A DNA stretch of 62,985 bases, counting the filler, from Folioceros fuciformis (Eukaryota), in NCBI GenBank assembly GCA_049999805.1. It is 4 parts of 3 records of this genome, joined end to end, with 100 filler letters (N's around TTAATTAATTAA, not from the genome) between each part and the next. Parts side by side here need not be neighbours in the genome. Positions count along the whole stretch, not along the records: positions 24,733 to 49,759 come from JBNGIO010006356.1; 3 more parts are not named here. The stretch is one strand, 5' to 3'. Below are positions 25,816 to 38,337 of the stretch, piece by piece; within the stretch, counting starts at the first letter, position 1, and each line of letters starts with the position of its first letter. The notes beneath the pieces were generated by a model, which searched no databases, had not been told where the DNA came from, and worked only from the letters and a program-made list of their open reading frames with translations. The translations under genes were made by a program, and so were the position numbers.

Positions 25816-28800
25816 ACTACAGGTAGGTAGAGAGAGGATGTTGCATCCCGGACCCCATAAAACACGGGGATACAGGAGGCGGGCCCAGCATTCGCAACCT
25901 ACTGTTTGCATCCCTTCTCATATTATGCTTATCAGCCCAACAGCCTGCATACTGTACGTACTTAAAGTGGTATCTACTCCACAGTTTGGGAGCTGGAATC
26001 TTGTCTTCGTCCTCGTCCTATCTATCACGGCTTCCACCTTCCTTCCGCTTTCACTCCGAAAACGAAAAGTGTGTCTGGAGAAACCCGAGTCCACAAATTT
26101 CTCACAAGTACAGACATGGCCTACACAGATGACACGGAAAAGCTTCCTGCCCATTCCACCTTTCCTCCCATCTGACTTCCTGGAACCACACCACACGTAG
26201 GAGCTTTCCTTCCACTAAACCCTGAAGTCTGGGTCAAGTGGACAGACACGCTGCCGTTCTGCCATGCCCTGCCCGGCCCTGCAAGTCGCACGCATTCGAG
26301 ACTGACGTCTTCCACCTCCCCCGAGAGAAGTCTAGGCAGAGACGAGAGTTCGGCATCTCGGTCTTGGGCTTTGTAAGTACAGTACATACTACTTATCGAC
26401 CATTTCTTTCGAACTGGGTTTATTTGTGTGTTTGAGTGACGTTGGGAGTGAATAATCCACACACATCCCGCCGCTTTCGGCTCGGATTTCGTGCGGGGAG
26501 AGTCCTAGCTCTGGCCCTGGCCGTGGGCGTGGCCCTAGCCCTGGCCCCTCCCTCTCTGGGGCCTGGGGGGCGGGAGAGGACGTACTGTAGGTGGAACCGG
26601 ATCTCGGAGCAGATTAGGCTCATGGCCACTGGATGCAGAGAGGAGCAATCAGATCTAGGTCGACAAGTGTGTCCACGTGCTATCTCTAGTGTCGTTACTC
26701 CTTCGCTCTCGACATTCTTGGAGTTTGTTGCAATGTGAGCCGCAAGGGTTTGCCCGCGTCTGCGCAGTCACTTGGACCAGGCTGAGCAGATGTTGAGGAG
26801 GCTGCGAGCGTGGGATAATGTGGTTTCAGCTCTGCATGAATAGGATGTGCAAAAGCTTCGCGAAGAGTGTCATCTGCTGGGAATGTTTGACATGAGCTCG
26901 GCGTGTCACCCGTCTCGTCACGGTCTTGAGTGCTTGTGCCGGGGTTTTGGTTGTGAAGGGCTTGATTGTGTCGATGCTATGTAGAGTCAGGGGCAATTCC
27001 AGGCGGTAGTCCCCCTGATCCCTGCCCTGTGTGTAGGCAGCCTCTCACGCGCAGGTACTGCTTGCCTGGTCCGTCTGAAGCCCAGCCCCATGCCAGTTAG
27101 CATTTGTTCAATTCCGAGTACCAGATTGTGCGAGTCCGTGTTTGTTCCTCTCTCATTGCTTCGCGCTCTGCGTTCTTGTCCCCGACAGATTGTGGCTGTC
27201 GTGGTACTGAATCCCATGCCGGAGTTGTGGGGTCGGTCCTTGTGGCCGTTTCTTTGGCTCGCTGCCTCTCAGTCCGGGTCAGCCCTGGGATGACCTGTTG
27301 GCGCGTCCATCTTGAATGACGGGGTAGTTTTGTACTGTTGGCAGGGATGTGGTCATGCCGTCTTGCAGGATGCTGATGAGATGAACAAGGAAATCATGCC
27401 AAATACGCTACAATCCTATTAGCTTCCCAAGGTGAGTTAGGGCAGCAGCTGGGATTACTTGCATCGTTTTGACGGGAGTGACACTGGGTGCAGGTGGCTG
27501 CATAGGATGAGATCTTGTGGGGGGTGGTGCAACGGGTGCAATGATGTTTGAGTACTTGCAGGATGGCTGTCACTACCTAGCCAGGGAGAAATTTTGAACC
27601 AATGCTGAAGGCGGAAGAATGCCTCTTTCGTCTCAAGTGCATTTTCTTCAAGTATTGGGAGTGAGACAATCCAAAAGCCACACAGCTAAATCGCCAAGAC
27701 TGCCAAAAGCTGTACTCTAACTTTGGCCTCGTGTAAGTCACTGACATCCTATCCTGTATATACAGACATATATATATCAGGACTCAGGATTGTCTTCTTA
27801 TACAAGGCAAACGTTTCTCTGCCTCCGATACATTTTATAATAATTTACAGCAGCAGAAGACTTTCATCATCAAGAAGGAATGTTTGTTTGGAGACTTGGC
27901 ATGATTGCGTGGGAGCACAATTCCCCTCTTCGTCAATTTTGGCTCATGGTATGAGTCAAATGATAGACAAATCTTTCCATGAAATGCAAAGTCAATTGTG
28001 AGGCACACCTCTCCTCTCCAGCAGCTTCCTCTACTCGCCCAGATTCTTGCCGGCTTCTGTTGCTTTCCTGTTTTGAGTGAGGTAGCAGGAACTGGTTTTC
28101 GGCCTACTCTTACCGGTTTTCCTCTACACGAAGCTTGCAAACTGAAACCAAACTGTCGAAAGAGATGTGGGTTTAAGTGTCAGACCGTATTTCAAAACCC
28201 GAAGCGAGGTTGGACGCGTTCGTCGACTGCATCTACCTTGAAAGACTCATCAAGCCTGCCTCGCATTACATGATTGGTATCTCTCCTCGGCACACAAATT
28301 GGTTTCATTGGCGGGAACCTGGGTTGATGCCAGATTCTTCGTTCCTCATTACGGACTTAATTCCAGATTCCCAACCCTCACCACAACACGCGCTGAAGGC
28401 AGCGTAGCACTTTAGCCTCACTGTCTGGCACATCAGCCCACCGAACCCCACCCTACGCCTCGGAGGCCAGGCCTTGGAGCTGACAAAACTAGCGCCAAGG
28501 CAGACGTGTCAAACGGGTTTTTGTCCCTGGGAACGGAATCTCTTGCGCGACAGAACCACGATATTATACATCAATATTCCCGTCCTGTCTACAGGAGCTC
28601 CACCAACCTGCACATTCCGGGTGCCTGTTGAGGTGAAGTTCACCGTCTGCCTTATCTACAAATGGTGGGAAGACACGTCTCTTGCTGAGAATTCCTGTTC
28701 TACCCGGCAATGCAGGGGCTCGCTTCTCAACAAAGACCTACCGAACTGTAAAATCTTGTAGAGCAAACGTGATTATTAGGCATGTTGAGATTAGTGATTC

Positions 28801-29260
28801 CGAAGTCACTCTTCCACTGATTTCCGCTGATTCCATCATTAATGCTGTCGGTGTAGGTAGGTACTCAAACTGCAAGAGGTTTGGGAAGTGTCAGCGATCA
28901 TAGCCAAAAGGTACATACAAGTCCCCAGTTTCCCAAACGTGGGAAGGATGTGCCTAATTTTTCTGAGGACTGATGTCCTGAGAAAATACACGTACTGTAT
29001 GTGCATATGTGATACACTGATGGAGAACCGTCACAGTCTGGCAAGACACGTTTAGTTGCGGGAACTAGTAGGCTTGGCAACTGTGTTTAGCATGGCGTTG
29101 CATGCCCATCCGCAGGCACTTGTTCCAGTCGGGACGCGCAGATCAGCAGGATAAACATCGAAGGCTGCTCCTGCTTCGTCTGTCACAGGGCTGTCTTCTT
29201 CCTGGGCGTCCACAGCTCTGCTCGTAAGACAATCCTTTGCAAGTGATTGCAACTGCAAGC

Positions 29261-31100
29261 ATGGCGCCGCCCTCCGATAGGCCGGAAGCTTTGGTTCTCG
29301 GCCTCGTGCTGGCTACGCTGGTGGCCGCGGCGACGGCAGACCAGGCTCAGTGCGCGAGGCTGCAAACCGATACAGTGGTCGAGTCTGACGGGGGCCGATT
29401 TGACATGTGGAGATCGGATCGGTGCGAGGCTCTGGAGAACGCGGGCATGGAAGGCGCGCGCATCCAGTTGAGGGAGCGCGGGTTGCTGCTGCCCAGGTAC
29501 ACGGACTCCGCGCTGCTCATTTATTGCACTCGAGGTACGTCTGTGCATCTCGTTGTCCCAGTCCAGTGAAAACGTGTGCCTTCAGCGTGCATGTTCTGAA
29601 CAACCGTCCTCGGCGTGTTCGGATTGCTCGTTGTGTGGCATGGTTCTTGCGTACAGGGCAGGCAATGATGGGGATGAGCCTGCCCATGGGCGCCCGCCGG
29701 GACTACCGCATGATGAGGGAGGGCGAGGTTGTGGCAGTCCCCCGCGGCATGGTGTTCTGGTTCTACAACTTGGGAGAAAGTCAGGGCTGCGAGTGTGCGC
29801 ATGGGCGGGACGAGGAGCACGAACGGAGGCACGGGCATGAACGCTCTCGTAGGGAGGAGGAACACGGTGGAGAGTGCCACTTGGTGGCCATGGCTGACAC
29901 CTCCATGGCAGCAGTCCAGCCTGGGCGATGCGGCGTAAGACAGCTTACTGGCAAACGGAGATAGATACCCGGATACATGTTTTGATTATCGCTGCAAGGC
30001 GGGCGGCGAGTGTTGATGACAGATACCGGAGTGCTGTGTGCGCAGGGCTTCATGTTGATGGGAGGCAGAAGCGAGCAGTGCGGCGGCGTGATGCAAGGAT
30101 TCAGCAAGGAGATGCTGGCGGCGGCTTGGAACGTGGACGAGCAGATGGTGGACCGGCTGGTTAACAGTCAGGAGGAAAGCGGTATCATCCGAGTGGACAA
30201 GGATCATCCCTTCCACGACCTCATGTGCTACCAGTGTGGACGTGAAGGGAGCGAGTCCGAGTCCATGGCTTCCATGTCCATGGTGCACTTCATGTACGAC
30301 ATGGAGCACGCCAACTGCGACCACTACAGCAGCCAGGGAGGGTGCATTACTAGGCTCAACCGCTTCCGCCTGCCTGTGCTCCAGACCATGCGACCGCAGA
30401 CTGGAATGGGTGCTATCCGAATTCGCCTGGAACCGGTAAGTCCCGATCGCCTGCTCCATCCGTATAGATCTGTCTCTGACTTGTTGATCTCCTTCGACGA
30501 GAATTCTCATCCTTCGATATCCCTCAGGAGGCGATGGTGGCCCCTGGATACATGTCCAACGGTCACAACATGCTGTACTGCAGCAAGGGGTCCGTGCATG
30601 TGCAAGTGGTCAGCCCCAACGGTGAGCGCTGCTTCGACGAGGAAATGGAGGAGGGTCAAATGTTGATGGTGCCCATGGGCCACCCGGTAATGAAGCGAGC
30701 TGGCCGCGAAGGTTGCGAGCTAATCGCCTTCACCACCACCGACATGTATGTCATCAAACACACCTGTTCGCCCCTGCTGTTGTTGACAATCATCTGATTT
30801 GCGGGTTGCTAGCTGTGACTCTTACTGCTGAAGCTGGCTTGCTCCGATGAATGCAGGCCCATTTCCATGCATATGGCCGGGGAAGACAGCGTGTTCAGGA
30901 ACATGCCCCAGGAATTGCTGATGGCCGCATTCAACGTGGACCAGAAGACGGTGACGGAGATGATGAAGCGCCGCACCAGGCATGCTGCCATCCTGCCGTC
31001 GAGCCGCCGTGAGGGAAGAAAGGATGATGGGAGTCACTACCCTGCCGGCCACGCGGTTAACATCGACCTCGAGATGTTTTATCAGAACTTGAAGGTATGA
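29261..31100 (+). CDS. 11S globulin/legumin-like bicupin storage protein, 5 exons (29261-29534, 29657-29934, 30046-30435, 30528-30745, 30857-31100), ~467 aa
   Basis: Signal peptide. Legumin motifs RGLLLPRYT, GEVVAVPRGMVFWFYN, QGFSKEMLAAAWNVD, GGCITRLN..LPVL and AGEDSVFRNMP. All GT-AG introns keep the frame. Confidence 0.92.
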
Positions 31101-31967
31101 AAAACCAGGGAACGATTTTGAGCTTCCGTAGCAGAGGAACGCAGTAATTTAGATACAATCGTATCGGCGGTGTTGAGGACTGTAATACATATTTCGAGCT
31201 GGATTCAGCGTCTTGCTGACTAGCGCAGTTTCGCACAAGTAAACATCTTTCAGTTTGTGTTCTGCTCTTCACTGGTCTAGGTCTCTAAGAGGCCATCGGA
31301 TTCGGGTCTTTGTTCCGCTCAAACAAATGACTAGAGCAGCCACGTAGACATGAAGCAGCTGGGCATGGAGGCCCTTGAAGCAGACATTAGTCCTCGGTCG
31401 GCACCTCTTTCCTTGAATTGAGTCCCACTCCGAGTCGGTCAGCACCTTTTTTTCCCTTACGATGTTGGGGTGAGAGTCCCACAAGCTTACCTGCTACAGG
31501 CAGTGTGTTGGGATCTGTGCTGCATTCTTGCAGAAGCAAAAGCACAGGTTCTCCTGCTGAATGTTTTCTCTATTTTGTTGTTCGGATCTGTGAAGCTGAA
31601 CAGGTGTGCATTTTTGCGAATGCAAAACCACAGGTTCTGCTGGGATTGCCTCCTCGAATTGGTAATCAGGGGAGTTCTGCTTCGAAAAAGACGAGAGCTT
31701 GGCAAACGCTGAGGTGGTACCGGGTTCTCGAGTCAGGACAGGTTCTCATCTTCGGGGACGCTGCTGAAGCATACACCGCACTTGAAGACCATGAAACCTG
31801 TTCGCGCTCCTATTCCCAGACTGTTTAATTGAACATCAATCACTCAAAGAAAACCCACTACACTTCACATCACCATGATCCGGCGAGCATGTTATACGTC
31901 CGCACATCTAGGGCAATGCTTTGCCAAAGAATGATAATGATTAGGGTTTAAGAAACCATTCGAATAG

Positions 31968-32636
31968 CTAATCGTGGTGACGAGCTCCCACGCTGTTCTT
32001 GTACTCGAACTCCAAAACATTTGGTATGTGAGAACTATCCTTGATTAGAAAGTAGCTACAGATCCGCAATTTCTCCAGAAGAGGGAAGTACTTAGCTAAT
32101 TTTCTGTTGACTAGCAAATACCATGCAAACCCAAAAACAATGCCCATAGCCCCTCCTGCAATCACCTGTTCGAGGCTGTGATATCCCAAATATATCCTAG
32201 AATACATGGTGAGAAATGTGAAAGGCCAGGATACGAGTGCAGTGAACCACTTGCTCAGCCTATCTGAGAATGACCACCTTCTCAGGGCCAGGAGGGTGAG
32301 ATAAGTAGAGAAAAAACACATGAACTGAGAATGTGAGGAAGGCCATCCATGGGAATCGCACATTTCCAGTAGGGCACATGTCGTTGGCCTGTCCTGTTTG
32401 ACCCAGTCCTTGATTATGAGATTTAAACCCTCTGATAGTACGATGCCCAAACCAAAGAAGAAGGCCTGGAGCTCTCTTCTGAAAATGAAATGGGTGACAA
32501 ACCCACCGACCCCTATGAAGATGGGAGTCAAAGACCCCCATGCGAGCACATATCCAAGGGCGTCATCTTCCTGGTACCTCACATGAACAAGTGACACAGC
32601 CCGGTTGCAGCTCCATGATTTTGCAATAGAGACCAT
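31968..32636 (-). CDS. LPPG: Lipid phosphate phosphatase gamma / dolichyl-diphosphatase-like PAP2 protein, single coding exon
   Basis: PAP2 motifs KDWVKQDRP, GWPSSHSQ and SRIYLGYH; family N-terminus AVSLVHVRY..GGFVTHFIFRRELQ; first in-frame ATG at 32636. Confidence 0.93.
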   Translation of the reverse strand: MVSIAKSWSCNRAVSLVHVRYQEDDALGYVLAWGSLTPIFIGVGGFVTHFIFRRELQAFFFGLGIVLSEGLNLIIKDWVKQDRPTTCALLEMCDSHGWPSSHSQFMCFFSTYLTLLALRRWSFSDRLSKWFTALVSWPFTFLTMYSRIYLGYHSLEQVIAGGAMGIVFGFAWYLLVNRKLAKYFPLLEKLRICSYFLIKDSSHIPNVLEFEYKNSVGARHHD

Positions 32637-33754
32637 GTTCACAATACAAAGTGAACAACCCCCTGAATCAACCCGCCAAAGTGCTAGCAGCGGCCCAGAT
32701 AAGAAATACCCACCCAGAAAGGAGAACCAATGCTTAATCAGATCCCAATCTCAAGACCTGGTCTTGTCTGAGAGGCATGAGCACCACAAGCAAGGAGAAT
32801 CCTCTGGGAAAACTGCACAGCTGAAAACAGCTGAACGTAGAGGCGCCTCTGCACAAGCCAAAGAATCCCTACCCAAATATTCAGAGGATTTCACTTGGAA
32901 AGAAGTTGGTGTCCAGATTCTCTCGCCTTTCCGTGGCTGACAAAACAACTCTACTATGTCTTGGCAAGAGCTCCGACCGTCTTGGAGATGCAGCAATATC
33001 CGTTTGGAAAATAAGTTCGCCTGATGACATAGTTGCAAGCACCGCAGCGATCATGCTTCCGAACAGGACGAGTCATCCAGTCAACCTTGCCAACATCACC
33101 TCAGGAGACGCGCCGTTTGGCATATGCTAGACACTACGAAGTACCTTAGGGTTCTTGTACTGCCAAGATATTTCAATTTGCAGAAGTAACGAGTCAATGT
33201 TCGGTCAACAGCTTGGGCAGAAGTCACAATGCCAAGTTGCCATGCACCATACAGACGCACCAGGGGCACTGATGCTCAGGTGGGCCAGCAGGAGGAGATG
33301 GGAAGGAACGTAATCCGGATCGGGTCAAATATTGTGTTCTCTGCTGGAGAGGCCTAGTTTCTTGAAGTCAAACCGTAGCAATGTAGTTACAATTGACTAG
33401 CCTTCCGTGCTTGTTTATAGCCACCGGCATTGTCCAACGACTCCATCTTAAGAATCACAACCAAACAGCTTAGGAAGCTTGCTTGAGAAGAGACTGTTGT
33501 AGGGTTTCGCAAACGACTTTGGTGGAACCGTACACGCCCAGGCTGTAGAGGGTGGCAAGGAGGGCAAGGGACCAGGCCACGGAGAGGAAGCTCGCAGCTA
33601 AGACCTTCAATCTCAGGGCCAGCAAAAGTAGGAAAAGGCATTTTAGGCCAAAATCAACAGCGGTAACCGCAGGGCGCCGCTAGTCTCCATCTAGATTATT
33701 TCACTCACTATTGTATACATGCACTTCATATCTGGGCATCGGTTTGCAACTCAC

Positions 33755-35660
33755 AACTCCATATTTAAGATGGCACTTCTTCTGCTGGGGGCACAGTAGT
33801 ATTACCATGCACATTATTAGGGCCAAGTATTATTACCCATAATTGATTGGGATATCATGGTTGAAGGATGTGAGTTTCTTTCTATACAGAGCATCTATAT
33901 ACTTTGTGCAGAGATTTTCACCTCGTAACTCCATATTTAAATGGTACTGGTTTTGTTGAGGGCGTAGTATTGTCACCCATATAGTTAAGTGGCACTAGTT
34001 TTGGTTCGTGTGGGGCGTGGTATTGTCGCCTATCATAGCTCGGGATATCATGGCTAGAGAATGTGAGTTTGTTCCGTGTAGGGAGCATCTATATACTTTG
34101 TGCAACAAGGTTTTACTAATCTTTTTTTGACTAAGGGAATAATTTTTTCTACTATTGCTAATGTGTTCTTACGGATACTACTATGGAATAGATTTGTGAG
34201 CACGTTTGTCATCAAGCCTCGTATAGAGGTTGTACAAGTGTTAAAGTCCATAAATATTTTTTCTACAAGACAGTATATTTTCATCCCCTTGGCTCTTGAG
34301 ACCTAAGGAGTATAGGTAAAGACTTACTCTTGAGATTCATGGGACATGGGCCAGGACTTTTCAAGGTTGATCAAAGAGTGCACAAATATATATCATAGTT
34401 GTAGGAATAAATTTCTCATATTTCCTTTGTGGTGGCCTTCTTTCAACAACACGTATTCATTGCTTCACAAAGAACATTGGCTAATGCGGCTTTTAGAATA
34501 GCAATGAGCGCAACTTCTTGGTCACCGGTGGTCGGTAGGCTTGTTGTTTTTCAACATCAATAAGATTTTGGATGTCCACATCGCGATGTTTTGGGTGTTA
34601 TTCCACATCACATTTTGCTAACATTAGACAGTTTTTGAGAATGATATTTCAAGGGGCTAGTCCCCTTTTTGGTCTTTGGCCTTATTCGGAGTAGTCCTCT
34701 TATGAAGGTCTTGTTCNNNNNNNNNNNNNNNNNNNNNNNNNNNNNNNNNNNNNNNNNNNNNNNNNNNNNNNNNNNNNNNNNNNNNNNNNNNNNNNNNNNN
34801 NNNNNNNNNNNNNNNNGTTTCTCTATCTTTAGATTGTTTAGGTTGTTCCTCTTTCAGGTTGTTCCTCTTTCAGGTTGTTTCTCTATCTTTAGATTGTTTA
34901 GGTTGTTCCTCTTTCAGGTTGTTTCTCTATCTTTAGATTGTTTAGGTTGTTCCTCTTATGGTGTTCCTCCTATCTTATGTCTGTTTGAGTTGTTCCTCCT
35001 GAACTCAAGTTGTTTTTCCTATAAAGGCCCTATTTGATTGTCCCTCCTCCTACTCTTATTATCTTGCACTCATGTTGTTCCTCCTTTACAAGCCCTATTT
35101 GATTGTCCCTCCTCCTTCTCTTCTTATTTTTGGAGTAATCCTTGTTTGGTTGTTTCTCCTCTTTCTTTTATCTCCTCTTTCTTTTATCTCCTCTTTCTTT
35201 TATCTTTGGAGTAGTCCTTGTTGGGTTGTTCCTCCTCNNNNNNNNNNNNNNNNNNNNNNNNNNNNNNNNNNNNNNNNNNNNNNNNNNNNNNNNNNNNNNN
35301 NNNNNNNNNNNNNNNNNNNNNNNNNNNNNNNNNNNNNGAGTAGTCCTTGTTGGGTTGTTCCTCCTCTTTCTCGTATCTTTGGAGTAGTCGCTCTTTCGAG
35401 TAATCCTTGTTTGGTTGTTTCTTCTCTTTTTCTTGTCTTTGGAGTAGTGCTCTTTGAAGTAATTCTTTTTCTTGTCTTTGGAGTAGTCGCTCTTTGAAGT
35501 AATTCTTGTTTGGTTGTTCCTCCTCGTTTTCTCATCTTTGGTATAGTCACTCTTTGGAGTAATCCTTGTTTGGTTGTTTCTCCTCATTCTCTTTATCTTT
35601 GGAGTAGTCCCTCTTTGGAGTAGGTTGTTCCTCCTCTTTCTCATCTTTGGAGTACTCCCT
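33755..35660. mobile_element. AT-rich transposon remnant with degenerate ~175-bp duplications (33755-34117) and ~40-60-bp minisatellites (34650-35660, containing two N gaps)
   Basis: Sharp GC drop relative to the flanking genes; repeated AACTCCATATTTAA..GAGCATCTATATACTTTGTGCA and GGAGTAATCCTTGTTTGGTTGTT units; family not identifiable. Confidence 0.55.
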
Positions 35661-36174
35661 TGTATGAGCTCAAATCCAAGGCCTTACATATTTCATCAAC
35701 TTTTTCAAGATTTTTTTACTAGATACTTAATGATCATATGATTTTATTATCTAGACAGTATACATAAAAAAAACTCTACCCCACTAAGCAACAATCCAAC
35801 ATCAAACATGGTGCAAACCAACACCAAACCACACAATAACCCAATAACAAACCAAACACCAACCCACTCCAAATGCACGATGCTTAAATCATACACTTTT
35901 ATCTATTTCCCTCCTGGGAATATCATCGCCCATGCGAGAGGTATCTTGGAGAATATGTACTCCCCCGTGTGAGCTCAACCCAGGACCGGTACTGTAAAGA
36001 AGGGGCGAGAACAACTTCGTATGAGAGAGACTACGCCCTGGCTTCTTAGAATATCATCATCGCCCATGAGAGAGCGTATCATGCACAAGGGACTCGGCTA
36101 ACAGTACTTTCCCCGCACTTGGACTTCGCAGGGACACCACACTCCATTACATTCAACTCGACCATCCATACAGC

Positions 36175-37314
36175 TCAACTCCGGGCTTTGCTTTTGCCAC
36201 CACCACCTTTGACTCCTTTCTTAGAGTCCAGCTTCTCTTTCATACGTAATGCCGCAGCTGCTTTTGCCTCCTCGCGTTTCTTCTTTTCTTCCTCCTTCTT
36301 CGCATTTGCTAGCTCCCTGTCCCTACGAATTTCTCTGCACGTCATACCATACACATATTTACCTGTACAACCGAGGAGAACGAAACCCAGAATGACAAGG
36401 AAATCAAGTGCGTGTTGGCAAAGGGTAGCAGAAACGTACTCGAGCCTAGCTTTCTCAGCAACTACATTCTCGGCACGAGAGCCTTTTGGCGGGTTAGCAG
36501 CTAGCAGTTCGATCTCAAACATCAGCCTTGCCCTGCACATTCACAGTCATGAAGCGAGGCATTAGTCTGCAATGTCAGGACGGAGAAAAATACGCCGCGT
36601 AAGGCTTTTGTAACCTAGGCATCAGGCAGGAATGAAGAGTACCCGGGAGGTATATCAGGAGGCGATCCAGCTTTGCCATACGCATAATCAGCATCACAAG
36701 TTATGATCGCCACTTCTCCAACCTGCTCCAAAAAGGACATATTCCACAGCAACCAAGTTTATTCAACACGAGACGGGTTGAATTCCCATGAATCGCCACA
36801 CACCTAGCACCTGCATGCTCTGCATACCTGCATGGTCTTCACAGCTATGTCCCATGCCCGAATAACACTCCCTTGTCCCACATCAAACGAGAAGATCGTG
36901 TTGTCATCCCGGGTTGAGTCAAAGACTTGGCCAGTTTCCGCCAGCTTGCCTTCATAATGAACTGCATTCAAATTCCCCTAGCTATGTTACGGAGCAAAGA
37001 ATTACAAGCGGAGCAACAAGAAAGGAGGAGTTGACAGCTTAGTGACAAGAAGCTCGACACTCAGTATCCTCCGAGTGACAAGACCAGCAACGCAGCACAT
37101 ACACCAAACCAGGTCAGGAAGAGTCATCGCAGGTTTTAGGCGGGATTCACGCAAATTTCGGGACGTACATCCGGAAGCCGTGAAAACTTCACTTACCATC
37201 GACATTTGGAAGAATCTCTGACGGCTTTGGGGCATCGGGTTTGGCCCGACGGATAATCTTCTTCAGAACACCTCCGTCGCCTGTGAGATCCAGCTCCTCG
37301 CCGGTTCCTTCCAT
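36175..37314 (-). CDS. FKBP20-1: FKBP-type peptidyl-prolyl isomerase (FKBP20-1 type), 5 coding exons (37314-37197, 36961-36828, 36722-36643, 36532-36440, 36334-36175)
   Basis: DLTGDGGVLKKI, VHYEGKLAETGQVFDSTR, VIRAWDIAVKTMQVGE, YAYGKAGSPPDIP, FEIELL and a Lys-rich tail KKKREEAKAAAA; GT-AG introns in frame. Confidence 0.95.
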
Positions 37315-38337
37315 CTCAACGCCTGAGGTTTCTACCCGGCCACCACAATTTACAAGACTTCAGTGCTCACATACTTCCAGGACTCAGCACCCTGTCGACG
37401 AGCACCACGTCATGCACCGTACAAGGAGCATGGCTAGCTCCTCTACCAAAACAGTCTCCAAAGCATACCATTCCCACAGATTGCAACCATACCTAAGGAC
37501 AACAAATCAAAGAAACCAAACAGCACAAATCATCGCAAGGATAACATGCGACGGCCTTCTTCGCAAATCTCAAGCGATGTCACAACACACAGCTCTCACC
37601 AGGAAAGAAACCGCTCCCCGCAGATTCGAAAATCTGAAGCGGGCTGTGCTGCTATTACTCCCGCGGCCCCAGCTGCAGCCACTGATGCGGACAAGGAGAG
37701 TGCAAACTGAGCCTTGGCTGGAAGGGAGCCGAGACAGTACCGCGCCAACTGAAGATGCAAAGAAGCAGGTGGCCGCAGGGGCAGTGCGCCATAGCCCACA
37801 GACGACAACAAAAACACAACCCACAGCGCCCACAACACGCCTCTCTCCTACCCTATCCTCGCTACCCCGGCTCCCGCTGCTGCCTTTAAGAGTTTGCTTT
37901 CAGCTACCAGTGAGTAAAATCGCCCAGTTCACTGGGTCCCTAACATCTTTTATTCCGTTTCGGCTTCTGTCTCATCTCGTTACCTTGTCGGCCACATAAT
38001 CTGGAAGGACGGAACCGACAGACCTGCTGGTAAACTCAATGTTGATGCACTCTGTGTGTACCAAACTTCGGTTCCACAGGCCCAGGCTGCTGATGACTGA
38101 TTGATGAGGTTTTCAGGTCGCACCACTCAATCCAATGACAAAGAATCGTTGTTTTTCCATTTCAGATCAGTGGGTCTGGAACAATGTCAGGCGTACAATT
38201 GTCTACTCTGGTGCCAAACGTCTGATCTTGTACAGCACACTGGTCGATGGAAGGGCATGGAAGAAGCTGAATCATAGTACGTTTGTCAGACATAGAGGCG
38301 AGGCTTTGCTGCCCCGCTCCACGACTTGGTTACTTCT

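Noticed and set aside
27700-29200. Possible F-box/LRR pseudogene fragments on the minus strand
   Set aside because: Only vague Leu-rich peptides with many stops; cannot be supported without a search.
35072-35644. Hydrophobic and Lys/Arg-rich ORFs
   Set aside because: Translations of a minisatellite spanning an N gap.
37241-37999. 252-aa plus-strand ORF
   Set aside because: Antisense to FKBP exon 1 and its 5' UTR/intron; no domain.
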